Positions 60,772-64,000 of a DNA stretch of 64,000 nt are shown here, in pieces. Numbering within the stretch: the stretch's first letter is position 1; every line of letters starts with the position of its first letter. The notes beneath the pieces were generated by a model. That model saw only the letters and a list, made by a program, of their open reading frames with translations, was not told the DNA's origin and did not search any database. This stretch comes from a candidate division FCPU426 bacterium. GTDB taxonomy: Bacteria > Oederibacteriota > JAAXVQ01 > JAUVAV01. The position numbers and the translations under genes are program-made. The DNA lies in NCBI GenBank assembly GCA_040756875.1, contig JBFLYH010000001.1:736001-800000 (forward strand), in the 5' to 3' direction.

Positions 60772-63066
60772 ATGCTTTTTTCCAATCCGTACGGCATCCC
60801 AGTGCTACTTTCAGGTCTTCTCGTCCTGGGAGTGGCTATTTATAGTCTGCGTTCAACCAACCGAATTAATAAAGCCTTTGGATTTATCGGCATTTCACTC
60901 TCTTTGTATCTGTTGGGAATGCTTCCGTACTATTATCCACTTTATCTATCCTGGACTCCTCTTTTCAAGATACCTTTTCTGGGGTCGATTTCCCTGCCAT
61001 TGGCCTTTTTCTATTTCACTCTCGTGTTTCTGGGAGAACTTCCCCGCCTGCGTATACTACTTTATTGCGCTATTTGTATAGATGCGTTCGTTATTCTGTC
61101 TGCAGAATTCAATTTGGGATTCTGCCGCGACAATAAGACTTTCTTTTTCGGCGAGTATATGCAGTTCGCTGGTATGGGTTATTTCTTCACGGCTTTTTTT
61201 ATAGCCCTCTATTTTTTATCCTTAGCATTACTTTATCGAGCATATCGCCAGGCCACCTGGCAAACCCACCGGCGCAGACTTCTTTTTATCCTATTAGGGT
61301 TCAGTTTAATCATTTTAGGTTCCGTTGACTTTGTGCCAACTTTCGGATTGGAAATATACCCCTTCGGCTGGTTGATCGCCGCGGTGGCCATGGGCTTTTT
61401 AGCGTATGCACTTTTTGTTTTTCGAGTTGCCGAAGTTGAAGCGACGGTCATTAAAATCGGGACCTGGATAATGGCATTGCTAGCCGTTACGATCCCTTAC
61501 ATCGCACTCGTATGGCTTTATTTGAAAATGTATAATTCTTTTTCATTTAGTTCACTTTTTTGGCATTTATGCGGCAGCTTCATTCTGATGGCCTCGCTAT
61601 TGCCTATTATCCGCCGTTGGCTTCGCGCGAGGCAAACGGCATATGTCATGGTGTTGGAAAGGGTTTTAAAAGAAATCGCCTCCCTTCAAAACCCTTTAAA
61701 ATTAGTCCAGTCCATTCGTACAACTCTGGAATCAACGTTGGCTGTCGAATCGGTGACTATTATTATCCGCGAGAACATTCGCAATCAGTACTACGCCTAT
61801 CTGGCTGACGGCAGCCGTCATGAAGCGCCCCCGATTTTAATACCCTTTCTTCCCTATTTATCCACCCACCCCCGCACATTGCTGCGCTACGATGTTACGC
61901 TGGATCCGAATTATGCCGCTATACGCCCGTTGGCATTGCCCGCCTTCGAAGCACTCCACGCCCAATTGTTCCTGCCCCTGGTCAAGGGAGACATGCTGAT
62001 GGGACTCATCAGCTTCGGCGAAAAGAAAAACCAAGGAATCCTCCAAGCCAGCGAACTGGAATTTCTTGCCCGCTTGCAACCACTGGCTGCCATCGCTTTA
62101 AACAATGCGTATTTTTACAATCACATCCAGCAGTTAAATCAAGCCCTACTCGAAACCAATCAATCACTTAACGCGAGGGTAAAAGCCAGAACACAGGAAT
62201 TGGAAATTGCCCTGGACGAAACCAAGCGTTTAAACGAAGAACAGAGCCGTTTTTTCGAACTGGCGTCCCATAATTTGGGCACTCCCTTTACTGCCGTAAA
62301 AGTCGCTTTTATGATTCTTAAGAAACAATTCCCGGATTTGGAAACCGACCTTTATGACATCATTTATAAAAACCTTCTGCGCCTGGAATTGTTGATTCAA
62401 AACATTCTCCTGATTTCGCTGGCGGAAAACAACCGCCTGCAACTTGATATCGTGCCCATTCCCATCGAAAAAACCGTTTTGGATACCTTCGCGAAGGTGC
62501 GGGCCCTCTATCCCGAGATGGACGTTGATTTCGAGTTCAACGGCGACCCGGAGCTGGTTTTTATCAACGGTGATTATATGCGGATACGTACAGTTCTGTT
62601 CAATCTGCTTTCCAACGCAATGAAATACTCGGAATCTCCGGCCAGCATACAAATCCAGGTCCGTAAACTTGTCCGCCCCTCGCCGGAATATGATTCGGGC
62701 ATTGGCGGGCATTCATTTCCTCGCCATTTTGCCGAAATTATCATCGCTGATCACGGCGAAGGCATCGGCGCCGAGGAATTGAAATACATTTTCCAAAAAT
62801 TCAATCAAACTAACAACCGCAAACAATACACCGGGCACGGCCTGGGTTTGCATTTGGCAAAAAAAATCATTGAGTATCACGGCGGAAGAATGCGGGTCAC
62901 AAGCACTCCCGGCAAAGGTTCAACCTTCGCTTTCTGTCTACCGTTACACCCCGAAAACTACGAACCTCCGGAATCGTTGGAAACCCGTGAAATCATTTCG
63001 AATCTTCCGCTCGCCATCATGCGCGAGTTGCATTCCGAGTTGGATCAAAACAAAGGGAACCCCTGA
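60772..63066 (+). CDS. Membrane sensor histidine kinase (N-terminal multi-TM, GAF, HisKA, HATPase)
   Basis: About 9 TM helices, a GAF-like region, ASHNLGTP H-box, NLLSNAMKY, DHGEGI and GHGLGL. Confidence 0.9.
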   Translation: MLFSNPYGIPVLLSGLLVLGVAIYSLRSTNRINKAFGFIGISLSLYLLGMLPYYYPLYLSWTPLFKIPFLGSISLPLAFFYFTLVFLGELPRLRILLYCAICIDAFVILSAEFNLGFCRDNKTFFFGEYMQFAGMGYFFTAFFIALYFLSLALLYRAYRQATWQTHRRRLLFILLGFSLIILGSVDFVPTFGLEIYPFGWLIAAVAMGFLAYALFVFRVAEVEATVIKIGTWIMALLAVTIPYIALVWLYLKMYNSFSFSSLFWHLCGSFILMASLLPIIRRWLRARQTAYVMVLERVLKEIASLQNPLKLVQSIRTTLESTLAVESVTIIIRENIRNQYYAYLADGSRHEAPPILIPFLPYLSTHPRTLLRYDVTLDPNYAAIRPLALPAFEALHAQLFLPLVKGDMLMGLISFGEKKNQGILQASELEFLARLQPLAAIALNNAYFYNHIQQLNQALLETNQSLNARVKARTQELEIALDETKRLNEEQSRFFELASHNLGTPFTAVKVAFMILKKQFPDLETDLYDIIYKNLLRLELLIQNILLISLAENNRLQLDIVPIPIEKTVLDTFAKVRALYPEMDVDFEFNGDPELVFINGDYMRIRTVLFNLLSNAMKYSESPASIQIQVRKLVRPSPEYDSGIGGHSFPRHFAEIIIADHGEGIGAEELKYIFQKFNQTNNRKQYTGHGLGLHLAKKIIEYHGGRMRVTSTPGKGSTFAFCLPLHPENYEPPESLETREIISNLPLAIMRELHSELDQNKGNP

Positions 63067-63123
63067 CGCCTTCCTCTTCGTTCCGCCCTCCCGCGCCCAA
63101 ACCTCCCCGACGAACGTTAACCC

Positions 63124-63152
63124 TTTACAAGCTCGCCTCGCGTGTTTATAAT
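63124..63152 (+). promoter_or_regulatory. Putative sigma70 promoter of glnS
   Basis: TTTACA-N17-TATAAT. Confidence 0.65.
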
Positions 63153-63181
63153 ACGCCGATTAAATTTCCCACGGAGCCCAA

Positions 63182-64000
63182 ATGCCTCTTACTACAAACC
63201 CTGACAAGCCCCTCGATTTTATACGCAAAAGGATTATCGAGGACGTTAAAAGCGGGAAAAACAGCGGGCGGGTAGAAACGCGCTTCCCTCCCGAACCCAA
63301 CGGCTACTTGCATATCGGGCACGCCAAATCCATCAATCTCAATTTCGGTGTCGCCCGCGAGTTCGGCGGCGTTTGCCATCTGCGTTTCGATGATACCAAC
63401 CCCGAGAAGGAAGAGATTGAATATATCGAATCCATCAAGCGGGATGTGCAGTGGCTCGGCTTCGACTGGGGGCCCCATCTTTATCACGCGGCGGATTATT
63501 TCGAGCAGTTTTACGCTTTCGCTATCGAACTCGTACGCAAAGGGCTTGCGTACGTGGACCATCTGACCCCCGATGAAATCCGAGTCTACCGGGGTACGTT
63601 GACCGAACCCGGGAAAAACAGTCCCCACCGCAACCGTTCGGCGGAAGAAAACTTGGACCTGCTCGAACGCATGCGCAAGGGCGAGTTTCCCGACGAAACC
63701 TGCGTATTGCGCGCTAAAATCGACATGGCTCATCCGAACATTACCATGCGTGACCCGACGCTCTATCGAATCAAACATATCTCGCATCACCGAACGGGTG
63801 ACGCCTGGTGCATTTACCCCATGTACGACTTCGCCCACTGCCTCTCGGACGCCATCGAAAACATTACCCACTCCCTGTGCACCCTCGAATTTGAGGATCG
63901 CCGGCCGCTATACGACTGGGTTTTGGACCATGTCACAGCTCCCTGCCATCCCCAGCAAATCGAATTCGCCCGCTTGGAACTGACTTACACCGTACTCAGT
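63182..64000 (+). CDS. glnS: Glutamine--tRNA ligase, 5' part (runs off the window; not in the ORF track)
   Basis: Manual translation from ATG 63182: [15 protein letters not shown]...[19 protein letters not shown]...[11 protein letters not shown]...MRDP..YRI...IYPMYDFAH...THSLCTLEF. Confidence 0.95.
   Translation, partial: MPLTTNPDKPLDFIRKRIIEDVKSGKNSGRVETRFPPEPNGYLHIGHAKSINLNFGVAREFGGVCHLRFDDTNPEKEEIEYIESIKRDVQWLGFDWGPHLYHAADYFEQFYAFAIELVRKGLAYVDHLTPDEIRVYRGTLTEPGKNSPHRNRSAEENLDLLERMRKGEFPDETCVLRAKIDMAHPNITMRDPTLYRIKHISHHRTGDAWCIYPMYDFAHCLSDAIENITHSLCTLEFEDRRPLYDWVLDHVTAPCHPQQIEFARLELTYTVLS

Noticed and set aside
63146-63871. 241-aa minus-strand ORF
   Set aside because: Antisense to glnS, which the track missed because it runs off the window.
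1-64000. KOPS (GGGNAGGG) polarity toward dif
   Set aside because: Both orientations are seen left of dif, so polarity cannot be supported without counting.
1-64000. CRISPR arrays, tRNA/rRNA genes, transposases, integrases, phage genes
   Set aside because: None recognised; the repeats found are protein-level.

Overview
Chromosomal window from a high-GC, diderm, anaerobic bacterium. The gene content (PorV-like barrel next to a FlgD/T9SS-type CTD protein, a giant multidomain gene, PilZ proteins) resembles FCPU426/Elusimicrobiota/Omnitrophota-like lineages; this placement is inference only. Left to right: (i) a + strand operon of exported proteins, a NapH/MauN-type membrane ferredoxin, a double-cubane/2-hydroxyacyl-CoA-dehydratase-family protein and two tandem ATP-dependent activators; (ii) a converging - strand operon with a WtpA/ModA-like binding protein, a fused permease-ATPase, a second membrane ferredoxin and a PQQ-type propeller; (iii) an outer-membrane barrel, a PD40 propeller and an alpha-2-macroglobulin-like protein lacking CxEQ; (iv) pckG and nfnAB; (v) one 26.4-kb gene (8793 aa). 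This giant gene strings together a truncated PPDK-type dikinase, a Cys-His-Asp module, a class-III-FBPase-like phosphoesterase, two kinase-like domains, a fungal-type GT4 trehalose phosphorylase, a GT35 glucan phosphorylase and HATPase/GAF-like regions, punctuated by three TM+HExxE repeat modules and an internal prepilin-like GFxxxE motif; (vi) a XerCD dif site at 51911-51938 where gene orientation flips; (vii) argJ, thrS, pssA, psd, yebC, RHH/PilZ/pseudo-receiver/histidine-kinase genes and the 5' part of glnS. All domain calls come from motif recognition by eye, with no database searches.
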